From positions 1-37,706 of the forward strand of contig QFNK01000001.1 in assembly GCA_003240795.1 (NCBI GenBank): DNA of 37,706 bases, in the 5' to 3' direction. Under the pieces are notes generated by a model, which was not told the DNA's origin, made no database searches, and worked only from the letters and a program-made list of their open reading frames with translations. This document shows positions 27,369-35,719 of the stretch, one piece after another (the stretch's first letter is position 1; the number at the start of each line of letters is the position of its first letter). A program made the translations under genes and the position numbers. The DNA is from Micavibrio aeruginosavorus (GTDB taxonomy: Bacteria; Pseudomonadota; Alphaproteobacteria; Micavibrionales; Micavibrionaceae).

Positions 27369-27395
27369 ATTGTGCGAAAAAGCGCACAATTTTTT
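27369..27395 (+). terminator. plus-strand rho-independent terminator with no annotated plus-strand gene in front of it
   Basis: ATTGTGCG-aaaaag-CGCACAAT followed by TTTTT on the plus strand only. It is 330 nt downstream of the nearest plus-strand stop and abuts the stop codon of the convergent hydrolase gene. Confidence 0.55.
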
Positions 27396-28089
27396 ATGCT
27401 TTATATTTCGTTTCAGGATGGTTGTTTTCGGGGCGGTCAAATCGGCCTTGCGTTAAAAAATACGTGACCTGGGCGACTGATTTTTCAAGCAGAAACGAGT
27501 GCGACATATTGATCGTATAATGGTCTTTGATGCTCGGTATGCGCGTGCTTTCCAAGGATACTAGGCCGTCATGAACGCCTGTTTTCTTCATCGTGGACAG
27601 GAATATCGGATATTCCCATGCTCGCGTTCCCGCGATGACGCCGACCTCGATATTTTCGGGGATGATGTAATCAATTGTTTTTCTGTATTCCGTCGTCAGC
27701 TGCTGTCCTGACGGGCCGAAAAAACGGCGGTACAGGAATGTCGGGGCGAGAAGGTCTGCAACCTCGCTGCCGCGATAGGGCGGCGCTATCAACACGGCCC
27801 GCGACACATTCCCGATCATATTCTGCTGCATGATTTCGAGCGCAACAAGGCTGCCCATGGAATGGGTCACGAAATGTGTTTTTGCGTAGTCTTTTATATC
27901 TTTCGCGGCTATTTTCTGCGCGATAAAACTCGCGCAGTTTTCGATGTTTTCTTTCAGCGAAGGGTAGGCGATATTGAGCGTGTCAAAACCCGCGCGGCGC
28001 AGCCCGAATTCCAGCCACGCCATACGCAGCGGCGACATGCCTATTCCATGAAGGATAACGACGAGTTCGTTCCGCGGGGCTGCCTTCAT
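27394..28089 (-). CDS. alpha/beta-fold hydrolase (esterase/lipase-like)
   Basis: 231 aa. [10 protein letters not shown] and the nucleophile elbow THSMGS. The ATG overlaps the trmFO stop as ATGA. Confidence 0.8.
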   Translation of the reverse strand: MKAAPRNELVVILHGIGMSPLRMAWLEFGLRRAGFDTLNIAYPSLKENIENCASFIAQKIAAKDIKDYAKTHFVTHSMGSLVALEIMQQNMIGNVSRAVLIAPPYRGSEVADLLAPTFLYRRFFGPSGQQLTTEYRKTIDYIIPENIEVGVIAGTRAWEYPIFLSTMKKTGVHDGLVSLESTRIPSIKDHYTINMSHSFLLEKSVAQVTYFLTQGRFDRPENNHPETKYKA

Positions 28090-29456
28090 GCTGCTTTTAT
28101 TTGATGAAACTGCGACAGCCAGCCGTCGATATCTTCGAGGGCGCGGATGGCCATCAGTTTTTTCTTCTCCCGCGACTTGTCCTTGCTCTTCACCCCGACC
28201 GGATCGCCTATCGGCGGGAACAGGCCGAAATTGACGTTCATCGGTTGGAACGTGTCGGCGTTTCCGCCGCCCGTGATGTGCGAGATGATCGCGCCCATGG
28301 CTGTGGTCGGCGGGGGCGGCGTCATTTCCACGCCCAGTCTTTCACATGCCGCAAAACGTCCGGCCATGATGCCGACCGCAGCAGATTCAACGTACCCTTC
28401 GCATCCGGTGATCTGCCCGGCAAAACGGAGACGTGGCATCGCCTTCATCTGCAACTTTCCGTTCAGAAGGCGGGGGGAATTGATGAAGGTGTTGCGGTGA
28501 AGTCCGCCCAGACGGGCGAATTCGGCATTCTGAAGGCCGGGGATGAGGCGCAGGACACGTGTCTGCTCCGCATACTTCATTTTTGTCTGGAAGCCGACCA
28601 TATTGTAGAGCGTGCCGAGGGCGTTGTCCTGCCGTAGCTGAACCACCGCATAAGGGCGACGGTCCGTCCTGGGATCCGTCAGTCCGACGGGTTTCATCGG
28701 GCCAAAGCGTAGCGTATCCACGCCGCGCCCTGCCATGATCTCTATCGGCATACAGCCTTCGAAGTAGGGGGTGGACGTTTCCCAATCCTTGAATTCGGTT
28801 TTTTCGGAGGCCAGCAGCTCGTTGATGAAACGCTCGTATTCCTCTTTGTTCATTGGACAATTTATGTAGTCCGAGCCTGTTCCGGCGGGGCCTGCCTTGT
28901 CGTAGCGCGACTGCATCCATGCCGTATCGAAATCAATACTGTCCTTGTAAACGATCGGCGCAATGGCGTCGAAGAAGGCGAGTTCGTCTTCGCCGCCGAT
29001 GGCGCGAATTTTTTCCGCGAGCTCCAGCGATGTCAAAGGGCCCGTCGCAATGATGACGGAATCCCAATCTTCCGGCGGAAAATCGACATGTTCGCGCCGT
29101 ACCGTAATCAGCGGGTGAGCGTTGATTTTGGCTGTAACTGCGTCCGAAAAGGCATCTCTATCCACAGCCAGCGCGCCGCCAGCCGGAACCGCCGCGCGGT
29201 CGCCTTCGGCCATGATCAGGGATTCGCTACGCCGCATCTCCTCATGCAGGAGGCCGACCGCGTTATAATAGGTATCGTCGGATCGGAATGAATTCGAACA
29301 GACCAGCTCCGCGCATCCCTGACCCTTGTGTGCGTCGGTCATGCGAACGGGGCGCATTTCGTGAAGAATAACGGGCACGCCCATGTTGGCGGCTTGCCAT
29401 GCGGCTTCGGACCCTGCGAGGCCCGCGCCGATAATGTGAATAGGTTTCAATGTCAT
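28086..29456 (-). CDS. trmFO: methylenetetrahydrofolate--tRNA-(uracil-5-)-methyltransferase TrmFO
   Basis: 456 aa. [19 protein letters not shown] motif, [12 protein letters not shown] and [14 protein letters not shown]. Confidence 0.96.
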   Translation of the reverse strand: MTLKPIHIIGAGLAGSEAAWQAANMGVPVILHEMRPVRMTDAHKGQGCAELVCSNSFRSDDTYYNAVGLLHEEMRRSESLIMAEGDRAAVPAGGALAVDRDAFSDAVTAKINAHPLITVRREHVDFPPEDWDSVIIATGPLTSLELAEKIRAIGGEDELAFFDAIAPIVYKDSIDFDTAWMQSRYDKAGPAGTGSDYINCPMNKEEYERFINELLASEKTEFKDWETSTPYFEGCMPIEIMAGRGVDTLRFGPMKPVGLTDPRTDRRPYAVVQLRQDNALGTLYNMVGFQTKMKYAEQTRVLRLIPGLQNAEFARLGGLHRNTFINSPRLLNGKLQMKAMPRLRFAGQITGCEGYVESAAVGIMAGRFAACERLGVEMTPPPPTTAMGAIISHITGGGNADTFQPMNVNFGLFPPIGDPVGVKSKDKSREKKKLMAIRALEDIDGWLSQFHQIKAA

Positions 29457-29606
29457 GGAAGGCTTATCTCATTTTTCGTTTGTAAAATCCACCCCGTTTA
29501 TCCGGCATTTGCTTAGCAGTTTTTGGCGGTTTTTCGGGCTTTTTCGTATCGAAACCAAACGAGGTTTCAAGACGGTTCTTCGCCCGGATATCGGACCGTT
29601 TTCACG

Positions 29607-30914
29607 TTATTCCGCGAATTCTTCCATGTCCGGCACGCGGGAGAAGGCGATTTTCGTGCCGACATGACCGGCCAGCGTTTTCGGTGGAAGCCCAACGGAT
29701 ACGGTTTCCTTTTCATACTTTTTGTTCAGCCGTTCCATCGCGGCGGTAAGGGATTCCCGTTTCGAGAGCTTTTCCCTTACGTCCTCGATCGCCGTGTCGA
29801 ACAGATCGTCGGTGACGACATCCGGTTTTTGAAGGCGGCCGAGAATGACGGAGACTTTTTTGCATATCATCCAGTTCGGCATGTCTTCGGGAAGAACGCC
29901 GAAATATTCCACCGTCATCGCCTTCCACAAATCATCCAGATGCGACAGGAAGGTGAACGGGTCCTGCGCCGCATGGAATTGCACCTCCGCCGCCCATTTG
30001 CGCCCGTCCAGAAAGCGCACGCCAAGGGCGAGGGAACCCGCGCAGAAACCCTTTCGCCGCAGGCGTAATGTAGCTTTGTACAGCAACCGCCGCGCCATCA
30101 GCCGCGCTTTTTCCGGCGTGCGAAGATCGGGATCGAGCACGCGGCTATGCCCGACCATGCAGGAGCTTGTCTCCGGCGTTGGCATGTCATAGCCGCGCAG
30201 CCAGTACCAGAACCGCTCGCCGCCGACGCTGCTCCAGATTGCACGCGCCTGTTTTGGGGAAATGTTCCACAAATCCTCGATCGAGCGCACGCCGTTTTTG
30301 AATAGCCGCTCCTCCATCCGCACGTTGATACCGGGCAGGTCCTTTAACTCCAGATCCAGCAGCCTGCCGGGCAGATCGTCGGGGCGGAGCATGACAAGGC
30401 CGTCCGGCTTTTGCATGTCGGTTGCGAGTTTGGCCAGAAAGCTGTTCGGCGCGATGCCGATGGAGCAGTTGATGGCGGGGCCGACATCCCGCCATATCTG
30501 GCGCTTGATGGCCTGCGCGATCGCCCGCGCGTTTTCCGGGTTTCTCTGGCGGCCGATCAGTTCGCAATGGAATTCATCGATCGACCAGATTTTCTTCACC
30601 GGCAAATGCTTGTCCGTCGCTTCCAATATCCGGTGGTGGTAGCGCACATACATGTCGTGGCGGGCGAGGACGCAGACCAGATGCGGGCACATGCGTTTGG
30701 CATCATATATTTTCGTGCCCGTGCGTATGCCGTAAGCCTTGGCCTCATACGACGCCGCGATGGCGCAGGTCGCATCCGTCATCATCGGCACCACGGCAAC
30801 AGGCTTGCCGCGCAGGGCGGGGTTTTCATTCTGCTCCACGCTTGCGAAATAGCTGTTCAAATCGAGGAACAGGGCGGAGCAGTCGTTTTCCTGCGGGGTT
30901 TTGATACCGGACAT
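29607..30914 (-). CDS. Y-family DNA polymerase (ImpB/MucB/SamB family), apparently catalytically intact
   Basis: Start taken at the ATG at 30914 (MSGIKTPQ...). LFLDLNSYFASVEQ, SIDEFHCEL and GIAPNSFLAKLATDMQKPDG are present. The track ORF to 31271 is an over-extension through the divergent promoter. Confidence 0.88.
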   Translation of the reverse strand: MSGIKTPQENDCSALFLDLNSYFASVEQNENPALRGKPVAVVPMMTDATCAIAASYEAKAYGIRTGTKIYDAKRMCPHLVCVLARHDMYVRYHHRILEATDKHLPVKKIWSIDEFHCELIGRQRNPENARAIAQAIKRQIWRDVGPAINCSIGIAPNSFLAKLATDMQKPDGLVMLRPDDLPGRLLDLELKDLPGINVRMEERLFKNGVRSIEDLWNISPKQARAIWSSVGGERFWYWLRGYDMPTPETSSCMVGHSRVLDPDLRTPEKARLMARRLLYKATLRLRRKGFCAGSLALGVRFLDGRKWAAEVQFHAAQDPFTFLSHLDDLWKAMTVEYFGVLPEDMPNWMICKKVSVILGRLQKPDVVTDDLFDTAIEDVREKLSKRESLTAAMERLNKKYEKETVSVGLPPKTLAGHVGTKIAFSRVPDMEEFAE

Positions 30915-30916
30915 TT

Positions 30917-30931
30917 GTTCCCTTTTTGTTC
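30917..30931 (-). promoter_or_regulatory. alphaproteobacterial-type LexA (SOS) box, GAAC-N7-GAAC on the gene strand
   Basis: Plus strand GTTC ccttttt GTTC. On the gene strand the second GAAC ends 2 nt before the polymerase ATG, overlapping the likely RBS. Confidence 0.65.
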
Positions 30932-31025
30932 TTTTTACATTTGCCCGGTGACCAGCGCAAGCGGGAAAAGGATTTTCGTTAAGACTATCCGTGTTATCCT
31001 GTTCCTTGCGGGAAAAGGGGAAATC

Positions 31026-31484
31026 ATGATCCGTGAAAATCAGGCAGTCGGCGAAAGCCGTTTCAACATGTGGCGGGCGGTCGTTTCCATGATCCATGTC
31101 GACGGGGTCGTCACACCGCACGAGGTTAACTGCATTATCGAATTCACACGCGATATCCCGTTCAGCGATGAGCAGCGCCGGATAATCGACGCGGATATTT
31201 CGTCGCCGCAAATGGTAAAAGATTTGTTCGCGGCGATTTCCAGTCCGCGTGACCGCGAGTATTTCTTCCACCTTGCGCGTGCGGTTTCATGGTCCGACGG
31301 CGATCTTGATGAAAAGGAAGAGGCCCTGCTGCGGGAACTCGGCGTTATCGGGCAGGAGGGGGATGTCCTGCTTGTGGCGAACCGGTCATTTGACGAGATT
31401 TATATAGAGGGCCGCCAGGCCAATCAGGATGATCTGAACATCGGCAAACTGATCCGCCGTCTGATGGGCAAGAAAACGGCCTGA
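31026..31484 (+). CDS. TerB-like (tellurite-resistance TerB / DjlA_N fold) protein
   Basis: 152 aa from the ATG at 31026, with AAGGGGA upstream. MIHVDGVVTPHEVNCIIEF and WSDGDLDEKEEALLREL repeats are typical of the TerB fold. Confidence 0.7.
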   Translation: MIRENQAVGESRFNMWRAVVSMIHVDGVVTPHEVNCIIEFTRDIPFSDEQRRIIDADISSPQMVKDLFAAISSPRDREYFFHLARAVSWSDGDLDEKEEALLRELGVIGQEGDVLLVANRSFDEIYIEGRQANQDDLNIGKLIRRLMGKKTA

Positions 31485-31487
31485 CCC

Positions 31488-32042
31488 TTACGGGAAGAAG
31501 CGGGCGCCGCCGAGGGACGCAAGGTCATAGGGCGAGTCGTCCATCATCTGCGGGTTCTCCGGATAGGCATCGCCATTGAATTTCAAAAGAACGCTGCGGT
31601 CGGAATGGTCTGTGCCGGACAATCTGACCCCGATATCCTCCCACCCGTTTGTCTGGGACCCGCCGACATGGATGGGGCCGCGGATGCGGGACGTTTCGGA
31701 GAGCAGGGTGAAGTTATCATCCTGCGCCTGGAACACGGCCATGGTGCAGCCGCTCCACCCGCACCAATAGCTGTGCGGCAGGTTGAAGAGGACAAGGCCT
31801 TCGCGCAGGCCGTCGCCGTTCAGGTCGCGGCGGACATATTCATATTGGGAATTGGTGGGGCCTTTGCGTTCGGCGAGGTATTTCTGGACAGCTGCCTGCA
31901 GATCGCCGTCGGACGGATCGACAGGCGTTGCGAACATGTCCGGTGCGGTGTAGGCGATCTCTTCCTCCCCCAGACCGCTGCACGCGGCGAGGGAAGGAAG
32001 GACCAACGCCGCCATAGCGGCCAGAAGTACTGTCTTACGCAA
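31488..32042 (-). CDS. hypothetical lipoprotein
   Basis: 184 aa with a TTG start and GAGGA 7 nt upstream. Lipobox SLAACS. No family recognised. Confidence 0.6.
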   Translation of the reverse strand: MRKTVLLAAMAALVLPSLAACSGLGEEEIAYTAPDMFATPVDPSDGDLQAAVQKYLAERKGPTNSQYEYVRRDLNGDGLREGLVLFNLPHSYWCGWSGCTMAVFQAQDDNFTLLSETSRIRGPIHVGGSQTNGWEDIGVRLSGTDHSDRSVLLKFNGDAYPENPQMMDDSPYDLASLGGARFFP

Positions 32043-32183
32043 CGAAAAATCCTCGAACGAGGTGAAGGGAAGAAACGAATCAACCTAGAAACACAGTCAT
32101 TGTCGCCTGTGTTTGGGCGGGATGGCTAGAGGGAGATGAAATTATTCCACATTTCGCGGGAACTCTTCGGGGTGGTATTCGTT

Positions 32184-32501
32184 CTACAGGCCTTTTTTCG
32201 GCACGTAGGTGCAGGGAATGACCGCCTTGCCGAAGGTGAGGGTGGCATCGATGCCCTTGTTCCAGAAGGTCACCGTGCTGTTGCCGTATTGGGCCCCGCT
32301 GGCCGAAACCTGACGTTCCAGCGCGTAGGACTTGCCCGCATAGGTCAGTTTGGCTTCATCCGGAGAGTAGAAGGTAATCTGCGCCGGCTGGCCGCCACAG
32401 GAAAGCGGGCGCGGTGTGACGACCGGACGTTTCTTCGGCGGCGACGCGCAGGAGGCGAGGGTCAGGGCAATCAGAAGGCAGGCGGCTATTCTGGACATCA
32501 C
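32184..32501 (-). CDS. mliC: MliC-family lipoprotein (membrane-bound inhibitor of C-type lysozyme)
   Basis: 105 aa. Lipobox LTLASC. SASGAQY matches the SxSGAxY motif, and FWNKG resembles the YxxxTKG motif of MliC/PliC. The GTG at 32501 (or ATG at 32498) abuts the gcvPB stop, and the AAGGGA RBS lies inside the last gcvPB codons. Confidence 0.75.
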   Translation of the reverse strand: MMSRIAACLLIALTLASCASPPKKRPVVTPRPLSCGGQPAQITFYSPDEAKLTYAGKSYALERQVSASGAQYGNSTVTFWNKGIDATLTFGKAVIPCTYVPKKGL

Positions 32502-34036
32502 TATTGCTGTCCCTTCCAGCGCAGTTTCGGTTCACGCGCGGCGCGAACTTCGTCGAGGCGGCGGGTGGGGGCGCTCTGTGGATAACTATGAAACTTATCC
32601 ACATCGCCGTTTCGGACATCCGACGCGATTTTCTTCATGACCCGGATGAACCGGTCCAGCGCGTCCTTGCTTTCCGTCTCCGTCGGTTCGATCAGCATGG
32701 CGCCCTGAACCACCAGCGGGAAGTAAACCGTCATGGGGTGGAAGCCATGTTCGACAAGCGCCTTGGCAATATCAAGCGTGGTCACGCCGACATCTTTCTG
32801 AACCTTGTCGGTCAGCAGGCATTCATGCATGCAGGGGCCGTCAAACGGTACGTGATAGTCCTGTTTTAATTGGGAAAGTATGTAATTGGCGTTCAGGACG
32901 GCATCCTCAGATACTTGGCGCAGCCCGTCCGAGCCGTGGGACATCATGTAGGTCAGCGCGCGGATGTGCATGCCGAACTGTCCGGCGAAACCCTTGATGC
33001 GTCCACAGTTCATCGGGCGGTCCGTTTCGGCTTCTAAACGATACGTATCATTATTATGAATAACGATTGGTTTTGGCATGTATTGCGCCAGTTCCTCGGT
33101 CACGCAAATAGGGCCTGAACCGGGGCCGCCACCGCCGTGGGGTGTGGAAAAGGTCTTGTGTAGATTAATGTGCATGACGTCCACGCCGAAGTCGGCAGGC
33201 CGGATTTTGCCGACCAAGGCGTTGAAATTTGCCCCGTCACAATAGAAATAACCGCCCGCGTCATGGAGCAGTCTGGAGATTTCTTGAATATCGCGTTCGA
33301 AAAGACCGCAGGTATTCGGGTTCGTAACCATCATGCCCGCGACATCGTGGCCATCGCCCAGGGCGGTTTTGAAAGCGTCAAGCGTGACGCGGCCGCCTTC
33401 ACGGGTAGGGATGACACGCAGGTCAAAACCGCACATGGCGGCGGTCGCGGGGTTTGTGCCGTGGGCAGAGTCGGGGACAAGAATCACTTTTTTGTGCGTG
33501 TTGCCCTTCGCCTGATGGGCGCGGGCAATGGTCATGATGCCGGCCAGTTCGCCGTGCGCGCCGGCGGCTGGTGTCAGACAGACGCCGGGCAGGCCGGTCA
33601 ATTCGCCGAGCCATTGCTGCAGCTCATGCATCAGTTGCAACGCCCCTTGCACCGTCGAGGCAGGCTGAAGCGGGTGGATATGCGCGAAACCGGGCAGGCG
33701 CGCCATCTTCTCGTTCAGGCGCGGATTGTGCTTCATCGTGCAGGAGCCAAGCGGGAAGAAGCCGGAATCGATGGAATAATTCTTGGTCGAAAGGCGCACA
33801 AAATGACGCACCACCTGCGGCTCGCTCACCTGTGGCAGGCCGATATCGCCGCGGGCGTTCTGGCCTGTACGAAGGGGCGTGTTCTTTGGCTGTGTCATGT
33901 CCACACCGGAATGGTCGGAACGCTGTTTCTCCCATAGCAGGTTTTCATGGTAGTGCAGACCGCGATTCAGATCGGCCGCTTGAAACGTGTCCACATCCTG
34001 CGTGTCAGAAGGTGATTTGAGAGAAGCGTTGGTCAT
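32501..34036 (-). CDS. gcvPB: glycine dehydrogenase (decarboxylating) subunit 2
   Basis: 511 aa. LGSCTMKHNP and the PLP-lysine context NLHKTFSTPHGGGGPG. Confidence 0.97.
   Translation of the reverse strand: MTNASLKSPSDTQDVDTFQAADLNRGLHYHENLLWEKQRSDHSGVDMTQPKNTPLRTGQNARGDIGLPQVSEPQVVRHFVRLSTKNYSIDSGFFPLGSCTMKHNPRLNEKMARLPGFAHIHPLQPASTVQGALQLMHELQQWLGELTGLPGVCLTPAAGAHGELAGIMTIARAHQAKGNTHKKVILVPDSAHGTNPATAAMCGFDLRVIPTREGGRVTLDAFKTALGDGHDVAGMMVTNPNTCGLFERDIQEISRLLHDAGGYFYCDGANFNALVGKIRPADFGVDVMHINLHKTFSTPHGGGGPGSGPICVTEELAQYMPKPIVIHNNDTYRLEAETDRPMNCGRIKGFAGQFGMHIRALTYMMSHGSDGLRQVSEDAVLNANYILSQLKQDYHVPFDGPCMHECLLTDKVQKDVGVTTLDIAKALVEHGFHPMTVYFPLVVQGAMLIEPTETESKDALDRFIRVMKKIASDVRNGDVDKFHSYPQSAPTRRLDEVRAAREPKLRWKGQQ
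32577..32603. repeat. 27-bp perfect palindrome of two head-to-head consensus DnaA boxes, copy B (TGTGGATAA-N9-TTATCCACA)
   Basis: Read directly: TGTGGATAA ctatgaaac TTATCCACA, inside the 3' end of gcvPB and about 75 nt upstream of the mliC-like start. Confidence 0.65.
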
Positions 34037-35316
34037 TGGATTGCTCCCTTCAGGGCGGCGGCGAAGGCTTTAATGGCTTCGTCCGTGGTCATCTCCGTTG
34101 CGGCGACGATCAATTTATCGCCTGCCGGAAGACCCGCGATGATTCCCTGTTGCGTCAGGTCCTGCACCATTTTTGCTGCATCGGTTCCTTGTGGCAGATG
34201 CAGCGTGAATTCGTTGAAGAAGGTCTGGTTTTTGATTTTCAGGCCGGCTTTGGCCAGTGCATCTGCCAGATCGCAGGCGCGTTCGTGATTCAAGCGGGCA
34301 ATCGTTTTGAAACCGTCTTCTCCCAGAAGCGCCATATGAACCGTAAAGGCGAGGGCGCACAGCCCCTGGTTCGTACAGATGTTCGATGTCGCTTTTTCGC
34401 GCCGGATATGTTGTTCCCGCGTCGAAAGGGTCAGGACGAAGGCACGGTTGCCGTCGGCATCCACCGTTTCGCCGCACAAGCGGCCGGGCATCTGACGCAG
34501 GTATTTTTCGCGGCAGGCGAAGAAGCCGAGATGCGGCCCGCCGAAGGACATGGGAAGGCCGATCGACTGCGCCTCGCCGCAGACGATGTCCGCTTCTACA
34601 GGGGCGGGGAGCAGGCCGAGGGAGAGGATTTCATTAATGACAACGATCAGGAGTGCACCGCTGTCGTCGCATTTTTTGCGCCATTCGGCATAGGCGTGGA
34701 CGTTGCCGAAAAAGTCCGGCGATTGCACGATCACGCAGGCTGTTTCGCTATCGGGCGAATCTTGCTGCGCAATATGACCCGCGCCTGAGTTGTGCAGATA
34801 CGATTCAAGAACCTCCTGATATTCAGGGTGAATGGCTGACCCATAAATAACCTTGCCGCGCTTGGTGACGCGCATGGCCATCAGGGCGGCCTCGGCCATC
34901 GCAGTCGCACCGTCGTATAAAGAAGCGTTGGCGACCTCCTGTCCGGTCAGAAGGGCGATAAAGCTTTGGAATTCATAGATGGCCTGTAAAGTACCTTGTG
35001 CGATTTCCGGCTGGTACGGCGTGTAGGCGGTCAGGAATTCGCTGCGCTGGATGATGTAATCGACGGTCGCGGGAATATGATGGTAATAACAGCCCGCGCC
35101 AAGGAAGAAGGGGCCCATTCCCGCATGATGGTTCTGGTTCGCGTAAACGGACAGCTTGCGCTCGATCTCCAGCTCACCCATATGGTCCGGCAGGTTCGCA
35201 GGGGCGGACATAAAGGCGGATTTGGGAACGTCGGCATACAGATCGTCAATGGATTTTGCGCTGATCTGCTGCAGCATTTCTTTCCGGTTTTCTGCGGTCA
35301 GGGGCAAATAGCGCAT
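34033..35316 (-). CDS. gcvPA: glycine dehydrogenase (decarboxylating) subunit 1
   Basis: 427 aa. FLGAGCYYHHIPATVDYI and TAYTPYQPEIAQGTLQ. 4-nt overlap with gcvPB. Confidence 0.97.
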   Translation of the reverse strand: MRYLPLTAENRKEMLQQISAKSIDDLYADVPKSAFMSAPANLPDHMGELEIERKLSVYANQNHHAGMGPFFLGAGCYYHHIPATVDYIIQRSEFLTAYTPYQPEIAQGTLQAIYEFQSFIALLTGQEVANASLYDGATAMAEAALMAMRVTKRGKVIYGSAIHPEYQEVLESYLHNSGAGHIAQQDSPDSETACVIVQSPDFFGNVHAYAEWRKKCDDSGALLIVVINEILSLGLLPAPVEADIVCGEAQSIGLPMSFGGPHLGFFACREKYLRQMPGRLCGETVDADGNRAFVLTLSTREQHIRREKATSNICTNQGLCALAFTVHMALLGEDGFKTIARLNHERACDLADALAKAGLKIKNQTFFNEFTLHLPQGTDAAKMVQDLTQQGIIAGLPAGDKLIVAATEMTTDEAIKAFAAALKGAIQ

Positions 35317-35341
35317 TGGCGGTTCTCCTTTGGGTCAGCTC

Positions 35342-35716
35342 TTACGAAAGGCTTTCCGTGAATTCGTCATAGGCGCCTTTGTCCATCAGGCCCTCGGCCT
35401 GCGCGATATCGTCAAGGCGGATGCGGATGATCCAGCCTTTGGAAAGGTCTTCTTTCAGGTCTTCGAGGTTGTCCTGCAGCGCCTCGTTGACCTCGACGAT
35501 TTCGCCGGACACGGGGGCGTAGATTTCGCTGGCGGCCTTGACGGATTCAATGACGGCGAAGTTCTCACCCTTGGCGAGTTTGCGCCCCGTTTCGGGAAGC
35601 TCCAGATAAACCAGGTCGCCGAGCGCATGGCGGGCATAGGTCGTGATGCCGACGAGGGCGGTATCGCCTTCGACTTTGATCCATTCGTGGTCGTTCGTGT
35701 ATTTGATATCGGCCAT
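35342..35716 (-). CDS. gcvH: glycine cleavage system H protein
   Basis: 124 aa. YTNDHEWIKVEGD and the lipoyl-lysine context IESVKAASEIYAPVSGE. Confidence 0.97.
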   Translation of the reverse strand: MADIKYTNDHEWIKVEGDTALVGITTYARHALGDLVYLELPETGRKLAKGENFAVIESVKAASEIYAPVSGEIVEVNEALQDNLEDLKEDLSKGWIIRIRLDDIAQAEGLMDKGAYDEFTESLS

Positions 35717-35719
35717 GTC

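Noticed and set aside
29607-31271. N-terminally over-extended ORFs: 29607-31271 (554 aa), 30411-31484, 19510-20343, 16636-17409, 22973-24001, 18515-19096 and 36751-37473.
   Set aside because: The extensions run through divergent promoter regions or other genes. Internal ATGs with SD sequences give normal-length products (Y-family polymerase from 30914, TerB-like from 31026, YajC from 19951, Pcm from 16687, lipoprotein from 22997, membrane protein from 19009, glycine-zipper protein from 37096).
32089-32114. Hairpin AAACACAG-N10-CTGTGTTT downstream of the mliC-like gene as a terminator.
   Set aside because: It has a perfect 8-bp stem but a 10-nt loop, and no U-tract follows on the minus strand. 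It is not convincing as an intrinsic terminator.
26465-32603. Whether the DnaA-box palindromes mark the chromosomal replication origin.
   Set aside because: There is no dnaA, hemE, parAB or dnaN nearby. No AT-rich unwinding element or cluster of additional boxes accompanies them, and both sites lie inside coding regions. TCCACA/TGTGGA hexamers overall occur at about the frequency expected by chance in this window. An origin is therefore not supported, although the paired sites themselves remain unexplained.
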